Positions 29,043 through 43,107 of a stretch of DNA of 64,000 nucleotides are shown here, piece by piece. The DNA lies in NCBI RefSeq assembly GCF_009914755.1, contig NC_060931.1; one strand, 5' to 3'. This DNA comes from the human T2T-CHM13v2.0 reference genome, Homo sapiens. How positions within the stretch are numbered: position 1 is the stretch's first letter; every line of letters begins with the position of its first letter. The translations under genes and the position numbers were made by a program. The notes beneath the pieces are model-generated. The model was given only the letters and a program-made list of their open reading frames with translations, was not told the DNA's origin and ran no database searches.

Positions 29043-30126
29043 GGAGGAATCCATCATTCAGCTCTAGCCTAATGTTGCCACCCACACACATCTACCAGCC
29101 GAGTGCTCTCTGATAATTATTTTACAAAAATAGTGGAAATCTGGTTTTTCCTGTAAATTATATCAAAGTAACAGCACATTTTTCAGATCAGCTGTATCTC
29201 ATAATGGCTGGTTTGTAACCTCCTTTTTGGAGGTTACAAAATGCAAAATGTCTTCTTTCATTAGATGTCAACTTTAAGCTTTCTCCTCTTTTTGGTAATT
29301 CTCTTTGAAAAGCAAAGCAAGGATTGAAACAACTGAGTACAGGGGAAATATAGATAATTCTCTATCAACTGGTTTTCCACTATCTGCTGAGTAGCCAACA
29401 TCTCATTAAATTGGTTGCCTCTAGGAGTGTCAAGGTCTGGGATCACTGTGGAGTGGCAGTAAATAAAAAGGCCTATGGCTTGAAGAATTGATGTTAAAGT
29501 GGCTTCTCAAAGGGGTTATGAGTAAAAGGTCCTCTTTCTCACTCTATGTTAACTAGGCAAAGATAGACCTTGGACAGGAGTGGAGGCTGGATGAAGTAGA
29601 GGACAGCATTATATTTATGACCTGTAAAGGCCTGATTGTCCTCTTACAAATATGAATCCAAACTTCAGAAAGATAATTCAGTGCTCCAAGCAGATATTAT
29701 TTGCTTCCTCTTGTAAAAAAAAAGTTACTTTTATTTTACAGAAAAAAATGTATAAGGTTTTAATGTCAGGCTGGAGGAAAATTTCAAATTAGTGGTTACG
29801 AAAATCAGCAAACAGGGATAATTAAGATACATGTATGAATCATGACCCTGATGGTTTTGAACTATATATGACAATTCCATTTCCAAAAAAATACTTTCAC
29901 ATCCTGTGGACATTTTCCAAGGGAAATTTTCTTGTAGATATTTAAAAATATCATATTACTTATAAATTTTTAGATGGAATATTTAATTTTGGAGAGTAAT
30001 CCCTGCTGCTAATGATTTTTAGGGTTATTATCATATTGAAAGTTAGAATTACCTGAGTAACAATACAAATCCCCAAAACAGAAAATATAATTATTAGTAT
30101 CTAATATGCGTTTTTGCTATTTATAA

Positions 30127-30194
30127 TTTTAGAAAGGTAAATTATTTATTTAGAAAGGTAAATTTTAGAAAGGTAAATTTAGAAAGATTAATTT
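30127..30194. repeat. Short irregular tandem repeat of TTTAGAAAGGTAAA (3 exact + 1 degenerate)
   Basis: Read directly from the sequence. Confidence 0.9.
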
Positions 30195-32508
30195 CTCTGA
30201 GAATTTATTATAACCAAAAGTTTCAATTAAGATAATGGAAACAAAAAACCCTAATTAATTAAAAGTTTTTCATATATTCAAAATAAGCCAAGATGCAGAA
30301 ACAGGAAATCATACGTTTTCAGGTGTACTTTTAAAAGGTTGAGTATTACCAGGTAAGAGGTAGGCTGTCTCATAAAATCAACAGTTACTTTACATTCTAT
30401 AATTGGCTATTTTAAGAAGTGTATGTGTATGTATGTGCGTATATGCATATATGTATATATGATGGCCTAAATCACGTATCAAAATATAAATTTGATATGA
30501 AAACAATAGTCAATTTTTCATTCTGCTCATTTTTATTATAAATCGCTACCACTTAAACATAGAATTAAATGTAGATTTTGAAAGGTCAACTAACATTTAA
30601 ATTTTTAAACTCAATATCATAATAGTACTGTGATTTGATTTAAATTATCTTGAAAAATAACTATTGTGAAATTCTAAAGTATGTTCAATATAGATGATGC
30701 ATATGGGCTTTACATATAAGTGGAACCAATTTTGTATTCTGGGGAAATTGCAACAACTAATGTTACATTTTAAGCAGGAATAGCATTCTCTAATGTTATG
30801 TACCCATGCAGGATGTGTGTGAGTGTATATTTTGTCCTGCATTGGAGTTTTTGTTCTCTTTGGGATTCCGATCCAAGCCCTTATTCTCTGTGTTTGACAC
30901 ATGTTCACACACAGAGGTGGAGCATGCTGGAGAAGTCATCTGCTTACACTGAAAAGAAAATATCCTCTGTATTGAGCACGCAATCAAAAGAATAAGTCCA
31001 GTAACTGTTGAAAATTCCTTTAAATTTAATAATCATTAATGAGAAATTTCCCAAATTTACTCAATAAAAATAACAATACTTTCTCCTTTCACCTACTTAT
31101 GATTTAATGTTATTTGCTATTTTAAAGTATGAAATTTACTGAAAATTAAAATGTCTCAAAATGTTAGAATTTGTAGTTTATATTATGTCTTATAATCACA
31201 CATCAATTTTTGTGGCCCTTGAAAAAATGATGTAGGGAATATGTTACCTATTTCAAAAATATACTTCTAAAAGTAGAAAATAACATTTGTAAATAAACTT
31301 AATTCATATATCAAAAAGGTAAAGTCACTTTTGAACTTTGATTTCACATATCTCATTATAATAAATATAAAAGTAATTCTCAAAAATAAGTTTGTCAAGC
31401 TCAGTAATTTATAGAGTTCATCATTATAATGTAACTGATAGATTATACACATTATATAGATGATAATTTGTTGTGTGTGTGTGTAAACTTTGTCCTGATA
31501 TCTAGCATTCCCCCAACAAGACCTCGCAATTTGAAAATGTTTAGTCTTTCATCACAGATGTCAGATCTTCTGCTAAGCATGATAACATCAATGAATTCTC
31601 TTAATGAGCCATTATTCTCTGCTTTTCTCCCTTTTAGCTTGTAAGAAACAGGTATGCAGGTGCAGAAACACACTCAAAATTTCTAATAACCATTGGCACA
31701 TAACTAATGATCCAAGTGATAAGGCTTGAAGTTGCTGCTGAGTCAATCCAAGCATCGTTTTTTATTGAAAAGAAATGTGAACACTGTAGTATTCTGAGAT
31801 GGAGTGAATAATAGGAAAATATTTTAAATGTCTGAATTATTACCTTGTCAAAATAATATTTAAATCTTTTTTTTCTAGTAGCATAACACTGGGGATAAAA
31901 TCATCTGAGATTTAGGGTGAAATGTGTAAATTCTGGTTGAAAATTTTACTTTTTGATTCAATTTCTGATTCACTCCTCTATGTAAATTATATATTCATCG
32001 TGATTTAAATTTTATTTTTATATAGAAGTAGAGGATGTGTGTATATTGTGTGAATGAAGGATATGTATATATATATATATGCAGAATTGGTCATAGGCTA
32101 TTAGGCTATTTAAGTACATTTAACTTTACACATTTCATTTAATGTATATTAAATATCAGCGTATTTCACTTTATACACTTTAAATTTCCATGTCCTTCAT
32201 ACTGTATTAGTAAAGGTCATTTTGAAAAATTGTGGGTTCTACAGTCCACAATGAAAGCTCAAATTTGTTCTTATGAACCTTGAAGGTTGTTGTAAACCGT
32301 CCAAATTTCAGAAAAATACCGATTATTTCTGAATAAAAATCCAAATATAGATGCTTACGGTTAGATTGAGCCTGGATTGCCCTCAATTAAGAACAATTGA
32401 GTTTTTTTGTTGTTCGTTCATTTTACATGTCGTATTGGTACATGGTACATGTACTAGTGGTTTTCCAAAGTCCATGTTTTTAGTATCTTATATAAGAAAT
32501 TAATTGTC

Positions 32509-32881
<373 letters not shown>

Positions 32882-33473
32882 CTATGTTTTCTTAAATAAT
32901 ATATATTTTTTAACTTTCACATTTTAGTTATGGTATGAGGTAGAAATCTTTTTTTTAATGGATAACCAATTGTTCTAGCATCACTTATTGAAAAGACCAT
33001 CATTTCTTTTCTAATTGCAGTAGTGCCTTTGTCGTAAATCAAGCACCCATCCTTGCACAAATATCCACCCAGCTGTCTTAATTGTTGCTTTAGTGTATGT
33101 GTTGAAATATGGCTAAGTTCTGCTTTTTTAATTTTCATTTTGAAGTCCGTATTGCCTAATCTAGGTCCTTTGTATTTCTACATGGTTTTAGAGAGTTTTT
33201 CCATTTCCACAAGAAGAAAGCATACTGAGATTTGTAATGTTTTTTCATTGAAGCTGTAGATCCATTTGGAAGCACAAGATTGAGTTTTCCAATCCATAAG
33301 CAGGAAAATACCTTTATTTACTTATGTTTTTTTAAAATTATCTCTGCAATGGTCTATCACATTCCTCTCAAAAAGATCTAAGACATTTGGTTTTTTGATG
33401 ATGTTATAATTTTTTTTTTAATTCTAGTTGGCTGTTGACCAGGCATTCAGCAACCTATCTAAACTCACTTTTT

Positions 33474-33848
33474 ATTATTTGTATTTTTATTATTTTGACA
33501 AACTCAACAATGCATACTTTATTTCTTTGGTTCTTTTTATTGTTATTTCAATAGGGTTTCGGGGAACAGTTGGTGTTGGTTACATGACTAAGTTTTTTAG
33601 TGGCAATTTCTGAGATTTTGGTGCACCCATTGTCTGAGCAGAGTACACTGTATCCAATGTGTATTATTTTATCCCTCAACCCCTTCCCAAACTTTCCCCA
33701 GTGTCCCCAAAGTCCATTGTATCACTCTTATGCTTTTTCATACTCATAGCTTAGCTTCCGCTTATGAGTGAGAACATATGATGTTTGGTTCTGTTCCTGA
33801 GTTACTTCACTTAGAATAATGGTCTCCAATTCCATCCAAGTTGCTGAG
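33474..33848 (-). mobile_element. L1PB1 3' end with short 3'-transduced tail
   Basis: TGAGATTTTGGTGCACCCAT (PB1-like); TSD TAAACTCACTTTTT (33460-73) / TAAATTCACTTTTT (33849-62). Confidence 0.85.
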
Positions 33849-33875
33849 TAAATTCACTTTTTAATACTAGTATTC

Positions 33876-34177
33876 TTATTTATGTATGTATTTATTTATT
33901 TATTGAGACAGAGTTTCACTCTTGTTGCCCAGGCTGGAGGGCAGTGCCGCAATCTTGGCTTACTGTAGCCTCCGCCTCCCAGGTTCAAGCGATTCTCTTG
34001 CCTCAACCTCCTGAGTAGCTCGCCTGCCACTATGCCTGACTAATTTTTTGTATTTTTAGTAAAGACAAGGTTTCGCCATGTTGGCCAGGTTGGTCTCGAA
34101 CTCCTGGCCTCAGATGATGCACCTGCCTTGGCCTCCCAAAGTGCTGGGATTACAGGCATGAGCCACGGCGCCTGGCC
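33876..34177 (-). mobile_element. AluSq/Sp-like
   Basis: GAGTTTCACTCTTGTTGCCC; TSD AATACTAGTATT (33863-74 / 34178-89). Confidence 0.92.
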
Positions 34178-35919
34178 AATACTAGTATTTTTATAGAGTC
34201 TTTCGAATGTTGTAGACATACAATGAAAATAATGTTCCTTCCTTTCAGTCTTTATAGGTTTACTTATTTTCTTTTTATGGCATTGGATAGGCCCTTTGGG
34301 AAAAACTGAAAAGAAGTGATGAGAGTAGATATAATTGTCCTTTTTTCAACTTTAAAAAGAAAGTCTTACATATTTCACCTTTTAGAATTATACTAGCTAT
34401 AGATATTCTGGTAGATGGCCCTTTATGATTAAATCAAATAAGTTTTTTAAATGTCTAGTTGTTTGAGAATATTTATTATAAATATTTGTTAAATTTCATC
34501 AAATACCTCTTCTGCTTCTGGAGATGGTCACATATTTTTAACCCCTATTGTTAATGTGGTAATTCATATTGATTTTCTTTGTAATTATAATTAATTTCAA
34601 ATTTATAAAACAACTCCCTCTGGGATATGGTGAGATATATGATGTGAATATTTTGTTTTAGATTGTTGTATCTGTGTACATGAGAAACGTTACAAATTCC
34701 CATTCTTGTAAAGTTCATACCTCACATTGGTATGGTGATTATGCTAGATGCAAGAATGAACTGGGAATTATTTCTTCCTTTCTATTCTCTAAAGTAGCTT
34801 TATAAAACTTATATATTCCTTTAATATTTAGAGAAATTTACCATTGAAGACATCTGGGCCTAGACTTTTCTTTATGTGAAGATTTTAAATTATGGTTTTA
34901 ATATTTACAAAGTTATTTCCTAGATGATAATTTTTGTATTTTATCTTCAAGCATAAGTAAGGTTTGGAGCAATAATATGGAATAAGTGTTGATAAGTGAA
35001 ACTCAGGCAAATGTAAGAACTCCTCAGGTAGTGTGGGAAGGATATCACTTCATACAGAAATTCAATTCACTAATGTAGAAGAAATGGAAGGGTGCTGTGG
35101 GTTACTTATAAGTTCCATTTAAAATGTGCATGAATTATGATTTTAAAACGGTACACTTTTATTGAGAAACAGAAAATGTTACGAAATGTTAACAGATTTT
35201 AGAAGTATGAGGAAGTTCTTGGTTTATTTTGTGAGATTATTTTTATATCTAAATGTAATTCTCTAAATTCACCTGTGCCAAAAACCATAGTTGTCTATAT
35301 GTTTTCCTCTCTCACTTCTGCTGATGCACCTCAACAACCTACATATTTCAGAAAGCAGAATGAATTGCTTTGCATTTGGTTTTAATTATGTCCCCTGATT
35401 GGCTCAAGTATGTCTGAAAATTAAGGATTTCTCTTTTGAAATAATTGTAACAATTTGTTTAATATCAAAGACATCTAACATAAATTTCCTTGATTTTTCT
35501 TTGTAAGAATTCATGCCCTTCTAATTTAAGCTGGCATGAGAGAGAGACAGAGAGAAAAGCATATTTATTCTTTATTTATTGAGTTCTGAATTTTTACCAG
35601 GGTCATTGATGAAATCTTTCCATATGTCACTACACAAAATGTTTATTTTAAATTATGTACCTTCCCTGTATATGGTGATATTATGTTAACCATCACTTTC
35701 CTAAAGCAAAGTAAGAAAGCAAAGGACAAAAAATAGAGTAATTAATTATATTGGTTTCACTTTCCCCAAAATATGATTAACCCTTAAGAATATAAAAACA
35801 TTATTAATAGGACTTGATAAAAAATGATCACAATTATAAACTTCAAAATCAAGCCATTTTTGTCTACTTTTTGTATTGCATAATATGGAAAACAGGTTTA
35901 CGATGCTTACTCTTGAGTT

Positions 35920-36005
35920 ATTCATTTATTGAACAATTTTTTATTAAGCATCTACTATAGTAGGTACTGCATTAAGTGTTGATGAACTGAAGATGAGTAA
36001 ATGGC
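35920..36005 (-). mobile_element. L2 3' end
   Basis: TTCATTTATTGAACAA...TTATTAAGCATCTACTAT...AGGTACTG. Confidence 0.6.
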
Positions 36006-36454
36006 TAATTAATTATTCTTTATGCCAAAGTAACATTAGATGCTTATCTTCACAGAGTGTAATTTGTGATTGAGTACAGAATCCTAAATTATGTATTTCA
36101 CTATTTAACCTATTAGGAGAACAAAGAATTCTCTTAATAAGGAGAATAATGTTTTAAATATTTTTTGTGTGACACTAGGATTTTTATTACAATTTAATAT
36201 AAATACTTCATTATGTACATCATTAAATTATGAGACTAATTTATTTTGTATTTAGTGTTCATTAAGTAGAATATTTTACAAAAATAGTTTTAATAAAAGA
36301 TTCATCATCTCAACTTAGTAGTTAACATTTTACATTTTGCTTAAAACTCTTAACCTGAGTATAGCATAACCCTTAGCAAATGTTAACAAGTTATTATCAA
36401 GTTTTAAAACATATTTAAATGTTTAATATTTTTTCTATACTTCAAAATTTCACT

Positions 36455-36558
36455 CCACTAAAGTATAAGCTACTTTTATACTGGAAATGTATTTTATTTT
36501 CCATTGAATTCCTGACATCAAGCTGAGGTTAGGCATTCAATAAATGTTAATTGAATGA
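36455..36558 (+). mobile_element. L2 3' end
   Basis: TAGGCATTCAATAAATGTTAATTGAATGA. Confidence 0.6.
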
Positions 36559-37789
36559 GTTTTAAAGTTTTATAATATAATATCTTTTTCTTATGGAAAT
36601 AAAAGACAAATTATCATTATTTTGTAGTGTAGACTGAAATGGGCTAAAGTCACCAATCTAAAAACATATTCAACTTTGAAAAAACATAATGGGACATATT
36701 TTAATAAAATAACTTGGATACATTTGTATTTAATTATAGTGTGAGTTTTCTCTATTGGGAACACTGAAAATCCCCCAGTTATCTCATCTTTTACTTTCTA
36801 GTTATTCTTCTGATCAGAAGCCCAAGGTCATGCTGTGACCCCTTCCAGGTTTCAGCTACTGAACAAGGAGACCTGGTTTAGAAAACATCTGAGCAGAGTT
36901 AACACCAAAGGGAGCCAATTCTAAGTTTGCCTATTTGTAGTAAAACAGTCTTACACGGAGCAAGACGTTTTCATTTCTCACTCTTCCTTAGTTAAATGTA
37001 AAGTCAAACGATCTTCTAACTAGAAAATGGAGATTGCCACACTACTCTTATTTTTTTCTACTCAAGGCAATTTAAAATTCAAGGATTCACAACTCATTTA
37101 AGCAAAGACCAGGTAGGGACTTTCAGTGTAGAAAACCCTACACTGAATTTGAGGAATGGAAATAAGTAGAAACTGGTCTCACAGACTGGAAAGCTGTCAG
37201 GAATTGAACTTAATCTATGTCTTTCAGAGATGACATATCTCCCATTTGTCTTTGCTTTTGTGCTATACTTTCCTATTTCTGTAAGCAGAATGGCCTTTTC
37301 TGTTTCCTTATTGCCATTACATAACTCAAAGCTAAGAGCTATAATCCCAAAGTATATCATTGCTTGACATCCATTATTGGTTGACCATATTCTGTGTTCT
37401 TGATTTTTTTTAATTTTAATTTTATTTTTATTTTAGAGTAAGAGGGGTACAAATGCTTGTTTGTTACACAGATATATTGCATACTGCTGAGGCTGGACTT
37501 GTAGTATACCCATTACCCAATAGTGAACACTGTATCCAATAGGTGATTTTTTAACCCTTGCTCCCCTCCCAGTTTTTCCTCTTTTGAAATCCCCATTTTC
37601 TATTCTTTCCATCTGTATGTGCATATGTACCCATTGTTTAACTCCCACTTATAAGTGAGAACATATGGTATTTGGGTTTTTGTTTCTGAATTAGTTCACT
37701 TAGGTTAATGACCTTCAGTTCCATCCATGTTGTTGCAAAGACATAATTTTATTCTTTTTCATGGCTGCATAGTATTCCATGGTGTTTAT

Positions 37790-37790
<1 letters not shown>

Positions 37791-37834
<44 letters not shown>
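37791..37834. repeat. (TATC)11 tetranucleotide STR
   Basis: 44 bp of pure TATC inside L1PB. Confidence 0.95.
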
Positions 37835-37835
<1 letters not shown>

Positions 37836-38348
37836 GTCATCTAACTATCTGTATGTATGTGTATCTATCTATATGTGTTTGTATATGTAGTATATATGTA
37901 TACCATATTTGCTTTATCCAGTGAACCGTTTATGGACACTTAGGTTGGTTTCATGACTTCATTATTGTGACTATCTTTTTAATATAATGATTTCTTTTCC
38001 TTTGTATATATACCCAAGAGTGGGATTGCTGGGTCAAATTTTTAGTTCTTTGAGAAATCTCCGTATTGTTTTCCATCGAGGTTGAACTAATTTATATTCC
38101 CACCAAAGATATAGAAACATTCCCTTTTCTCCACATCCATGCCAACATCTGCCACTTGCTTTCTAGTAATAGCCATTCTGACTGGTGTAAAATGACATCT
38201 TACTGTGCTTTTGATTTGCATTTCTCTGATGATTAGTGATGCTGGGCATTTTTTCAGGTGTTTGTTGGCCACTTGTATTTCTTGAGAAATGTCTGTTCAT
38301 GTCCTTTGGCCAGTTTTTAGTGGGGTTATTTGTTTTTTCCTTGTTGAG

Positions 38349-38449
38349 TTTTTATTTTATTTTATTTTATTATTATTATACTTTAAGTTGTAGGGTACAT
38401 GTGCACAATGTGCAGGTTAGTTACTTATGTATACATGTGCCATGCTGGT
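38349..38449 (-). mobile_element. ~100-bp young L1PA (PA3-or-younger) 3' tip nested in L1PB
   Basis: GTGCAGGTTAGTTAC...GTGCCATGCTGGT young-subfamily characters with (TTTTA)n tail. Confidence 0.85.
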
Positions 38450-39959
38450 TAGTTCCTTGTAGATTCTGGATATTGGTTCTTTTTCAGATGCATAATTTGC
38501 AAATACAGTCTTCTAGATTGTAGGTTATCTATTCACTATGTTGCTTATTTCTTTTGGTGTGCAGAAACTTTTTAGTTTAATTAAGTCCCATTTGTTTATT
38601 TTCGGTTTTGTTGCATTTGCTTTGGGGTTTTTTTTCATAAATTGTTTGCCTAAGACAATGTCCAGAAGAGTTTTCCCTAGGTTTTCATCTAGGACTTTTG
38701 TAGTTTCAGGTCTTACGTTTAAGTCTCTTATCCATGTTAATTTTAGAGTATGGTAAGAGATAGGGAACCAGCTTCATTCTTCTGCACATTGGCATAGAAG
38801 GCAATTTTCTCATCACCATTTATTGAATAGGGTATCCTTTCCCATTGCTTATTTTTGTAGTCTTTGTTGAAGATCACTTGGTTGTAGATATGTGGATTTA
38901 TATCTGTGTTCTATATACTGTTCCACTGATCTGTGTGTCCATTTTTGTACCAGTACCATCCTGTTTTAATTAGTTTAGCCTTGTAGTATAATTTGAATTT
39001 GAACAGAGTGATGTCTCCAGAATTGTTCTTTTTGCTTAGGATTGCTTTGGCTACTCAAGGTCTTTTTGTTTCCATATGAACTTTAGGTTTTTTTCTTTTT
39101 TTCCTAACTCTGTAAAAAATTATGTTGGTAATTTGATAGGGATTGTGTTGAATTCGTAAACTTCTTTGGGCAGTGTGGTCATTTTAACAATATATTTTCT
39201 TACAATCTATGAGTATGGAATGGTTTTCCATGTGTTTGTGTCATCTATGATTTCTTTCAGCAGTGTTTTATAGTTCTCCTGTAGAGATCTTTTATCTCCT
39301 TGGTTAAATATATACCTAAGTATTTTAATTTTTGTGTGATTATTGTGCTTGAAATTCTTAAGAGAAATAAGCTTATTGGCTCAGTTCAGCCCATGCATCC
39401 CTCCCTCCACCTGAGGGTTGTATGTGTATCCTAATGTAACCAGTCATGTTCAGGGCTGTGGATTAATGTGATAACAGATATAAATATTTACACTCTCATC
39501 TAGAAAAGACACTTTAAACCCAGAAGCTCTAGATGTGGTAGATGCTGTGGAATGAGCTGTGAATGAGGCAGGTAAACACGCTAACATGACTGGTAAAATA
39601 CTGTATGAATTTAAAGAGAGCACTTGCCCATGTTTACTGCATAATGGAATGTAAGTCTGTTTCCTTTCTTTTTGCATTTTTCTTCTATTGCTCTGTTTAG
39701 AAGCTTTTCAAGATAGACAACTTTAGCACAACTTTTAAGTGGTTTTGAAATTACTATTTTTGTTTCTATTGTCTGCCTGGATGGCTTCTTTTTCCTTACT
39801 CTTCCTTTTTTCCATTCTCAAATACCTGAACCCTACATAATATTGACATAAAATAATTAAGAAATAATTTTAAAAACATTTTAAGATGTAATATTTCTAA
39901 GAACTTAGTTAATATTTATACTTTTATCACCAAAATGTTGACAATGATCTTACAAACGA

Positions 39960-40052
39960 AGGCAGTATAGCATAGTGACCAACAGTTCAGACTTTGGAGT
40001 TAGAACACTTGGTTTCTTATATAACTTTTATGATCTTGTACAATATGCTGAA
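39960..40052 (+). mobile_element. MIR 5' fragment followed by degenerate (TAC/TAG)n
   Basis: GGCAGTATAGCATAGTG...GACTTTGGAGTTAGA. Confidence 0.6.
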
Positions 40053-43000
40053 TGCATTTAATTTATTATATATACTAGTCATGAACTATCACTGTTAGTA
40101 CTACTAGTAGTATTATTACTACTCTCATTACTTCTATAACTAGTACTGTTACTACTAGTCAATTGTCTTTAAAGCTTGTTAGTTCCTTAGAGTTTGCACA
40201 TTAATGAAACATATGTAATTGTACTCTTGTGGCTTTTTCAACAAGAAGAAGATTTACTATTTTAATCTGAGCTTCATCGATAACCTTCTGTCAACTTTAA
40301 CGTACTGAATATTTGTTCATTGGGGAAATTCTATCTTCTGAAGTGAGATCCAGACAGAATCACTTGTTTCTTTATCATATGAAAGTTGTCATTTTTCAGG
40401 GCTGCATAATTGCCCTTTAAAATCTTCTCTTCTCATGCTCCACTCGAACTTTGATTGACAATTTAGAGTACTACTAGATATTTTAAAGGCAGGGAATTTT
40501 ATTTTCTAGGTTTTACTTTTTATAGCTTTTACTCTTATTTAAATTTTCTTGTTTTCAATGATCTTATATAAGAAGAATAAAAACCAATAGACTATTTAAC
40601 ATTTCATTTCAATGAAAATTCTATGCTTTTACTGATGAATGTTTTACTGTAGTCAAAGAAATGAAGCTTCTTAATGGGCAGCCTTCTGATACAAATTTTG
40701 CTATTATAGGTCAATGTGCATCCTAGTTTCTACATCTTAATGTACCTACCATATTATTAGAGGAAAAAAAGTAGAAAGGGAGGATATAGGACTATGTTGA
40801 GAAAGAAAGCACACATCAATTTCTTTACAAAACCTTACAAAAATAGTTGCCTATTTCATAAGAGAAGTGATCATGAGTAAAATATAACTCAAACATGCAC
40901 ATAAATTATAAAGGCAGAACAACCTTTTCATTGAGATTCACATTGTGGCAACCCTTGATTTGCCACACATCTTGGCGCTATGTAAATATTTCTATCATAA
41001 ATACAAATCAAGAGGAAGGTCTTTTTTAGATTAGCGGTAAATTTGAGAACACGTGGCAGCTCAATTGCTGGAAAAGAACATTCTCTGGTGCCTTCAGTTT
41101 TATTTCCGCAAATGGCAATCTTAATACCCACTCACTGAAGCCTTTCCAGGAAAGACTTCTTGAGCATGGCAGCTGGTTTGCAGACATCATGACATTTAAA
41201 TTCTTTCGCTGGTCATCCTCGGGAGGAGGATTATGAAACTAACGTATGGGAAACCTTACATTTACATGTAACAATTGTAATTCATGTGGACATGGTAGAG
41301 ATTAGATTTTTCTTTCTCCTTTTTAAAAGCCTAATGTTATTTAACTGAAACAACTCTGTGTTGCTACAAATAGGTAAAATAAAATTACATCAGTTATAAA
41401 CATTTGAAACCAAATAGAGGCTTTTTAAAATCCTAACTAAATAATCTTGTATGTTCTCGGTTGGTTGGTTTGATCTCTCTCTCTCTCTTTTTCTTTTTCT
41501 TTTTGCTTCTTTCACCAATAAGACTTGTATTCTGACAAATAGCAAGATTATGGAATATATTGTTGAAGTTACTGAATTAAGTGTTTTGCCCAAAAATAAA
41601 AATGAAAACCCAAATCTATCTAAATTTTCGTTGTTTCTAGTTTTGAAGTAGAGATCAAGTTTTGTGTTGGAATTGAGTGATTTAAAAACTAATTAATTCG
41701 TTGTCTTGATGTCATTGGTTTATTATAAATTACATACTTCTGGCAGGACTGGGCTCTCTATACAATAATTTAAAGAGAAATGATAGCTACATAAACTTAC
41801 TATAATCTGTAAAAAGAGAATTAAATAGCATGTAATTCAACTACATTCATTTGGTCCTCAACTTAAAAGGAAAAGGACATCATATTACCATTTACACTGC
41901 TGTTCCTGATAGCATATTTCAGACTTTAATTTTTCAGGTTGTTATCGAATAAGAGCTAACATTAAACTTGGGACTCATTGGACAAGAAACATATAGCTAA
42001 AAAGAAGAGATTTTCAAAAAAGAGAAATCAAGTTACTAATTCATTGATTCATTTATTCAATGTGTCTTGAGAAAACACTATGCTAAGTTTTTTTGGGTAT
42101 TGGGGTTGAGAAAAAGACAAAACATTACACCTTTCTCTAAGCTATTTGAATTATAGATGAAGGAATAATTATTTACATGATTAATATAACTTTATTAATA
42201 TAAAATTAATGCAAAAAAGGATGTGTAAAGATGAGGTGGCATAAACATTTTTAGTAATGAACTGAACCAAAAAGTAGTATCCCCTGTTCCACATTGCTTT
42301 TACAGTATGAGTCTCTATAAAATCTCATTTTAGGCACACAACTAGAAAGAATGCCAGATGGCGGGGTGATTTTTAGATCCCATCTCAGGGTCAAAGTTGA
42401 TGGCCAGATGTTACAGATCTGGAGAAAAGAGTCTAAGCCAGATGGAAAGGGCAGTTTAAACATACACACAAACATACATGCTCTGTATTTTTAAAGGGCT
42501 AGAAGTCTGGTATTTCTTTAGTAAGTCATAATCATATGTGTATTTTCTAAGTACAAGTTTTAAAAGTTAAAGATATTATTATTAAGAAAGCAACTAGTTG
42601 TAGACTTACATTGAAAGAAATTATATAATTTGATTTGTGTTGAAAATGTTGTAATATACTAACTTGATATTCAGCCAAGTGATACTGACAGTAAGTCTTG
42701 ATGTGTTGATATCTATGACCATGAATCAAACATCTTATTATATTACAACAATTTTCAGAACAGTGTTCCTCCTAATTCCCATCTCATTTCATCTCTTATA
42801 AGGCAAGTTAGTCCTTGATTTGCTCTCGGTCTCTTGTGTAAACATGCTTTTCTTAGGTCTGTATATCTTTATTTCCCACTTCCTATACCAGGCATTCAAG
42901 TCAAAACCCTCTGCAGTATCCATTCCTCTGCAACACGTGGTCAGGATATTTGAAGAGCCCTCTGGAAATAAAACAATGAGATCTTAAATCAATGACAATT

Positions 43001-43107
43001 CACATACTTTGAATTCATTAACGGGGTATAAGAAAGTTAAGGAAATCTTCAGGGGCAAACAAAACAAAACGATCAACAAAAGCAACAATAAAAAAAAGTG
43101 AGCTGAA

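Larger units (their letters stand above)
37404..39347 (-). mobile_element. L1PB3/4, ~1.9-kb 3' portion
   Basis: GATATATTGCATACTG...CATTACCCAATAGTGAACAC; ORF2 C-terminal remnants. Confidence 0.88.

Noticed and set aside
30127-30194. CRISPR-like repeat array
   Set aside because: Eukaryotic context, no unique spacers, no cas genes
30323-30352. 30-nt micro-exon (TTTTCAG...CAG|GTAAGA)
   Set aside because: Very short pyrimidine tract; such matches are expected by chance
31638-31651. 14-nt micro-exon after a good pyrimidine tract
   Set aside because: Not frame-preserving and no supporting context
42350-42366. CTCF-like GCCAGATGGCGG
   Set aside because: Lacks the 5' CC of the core; much weaker than the 58722 and 60646 matches
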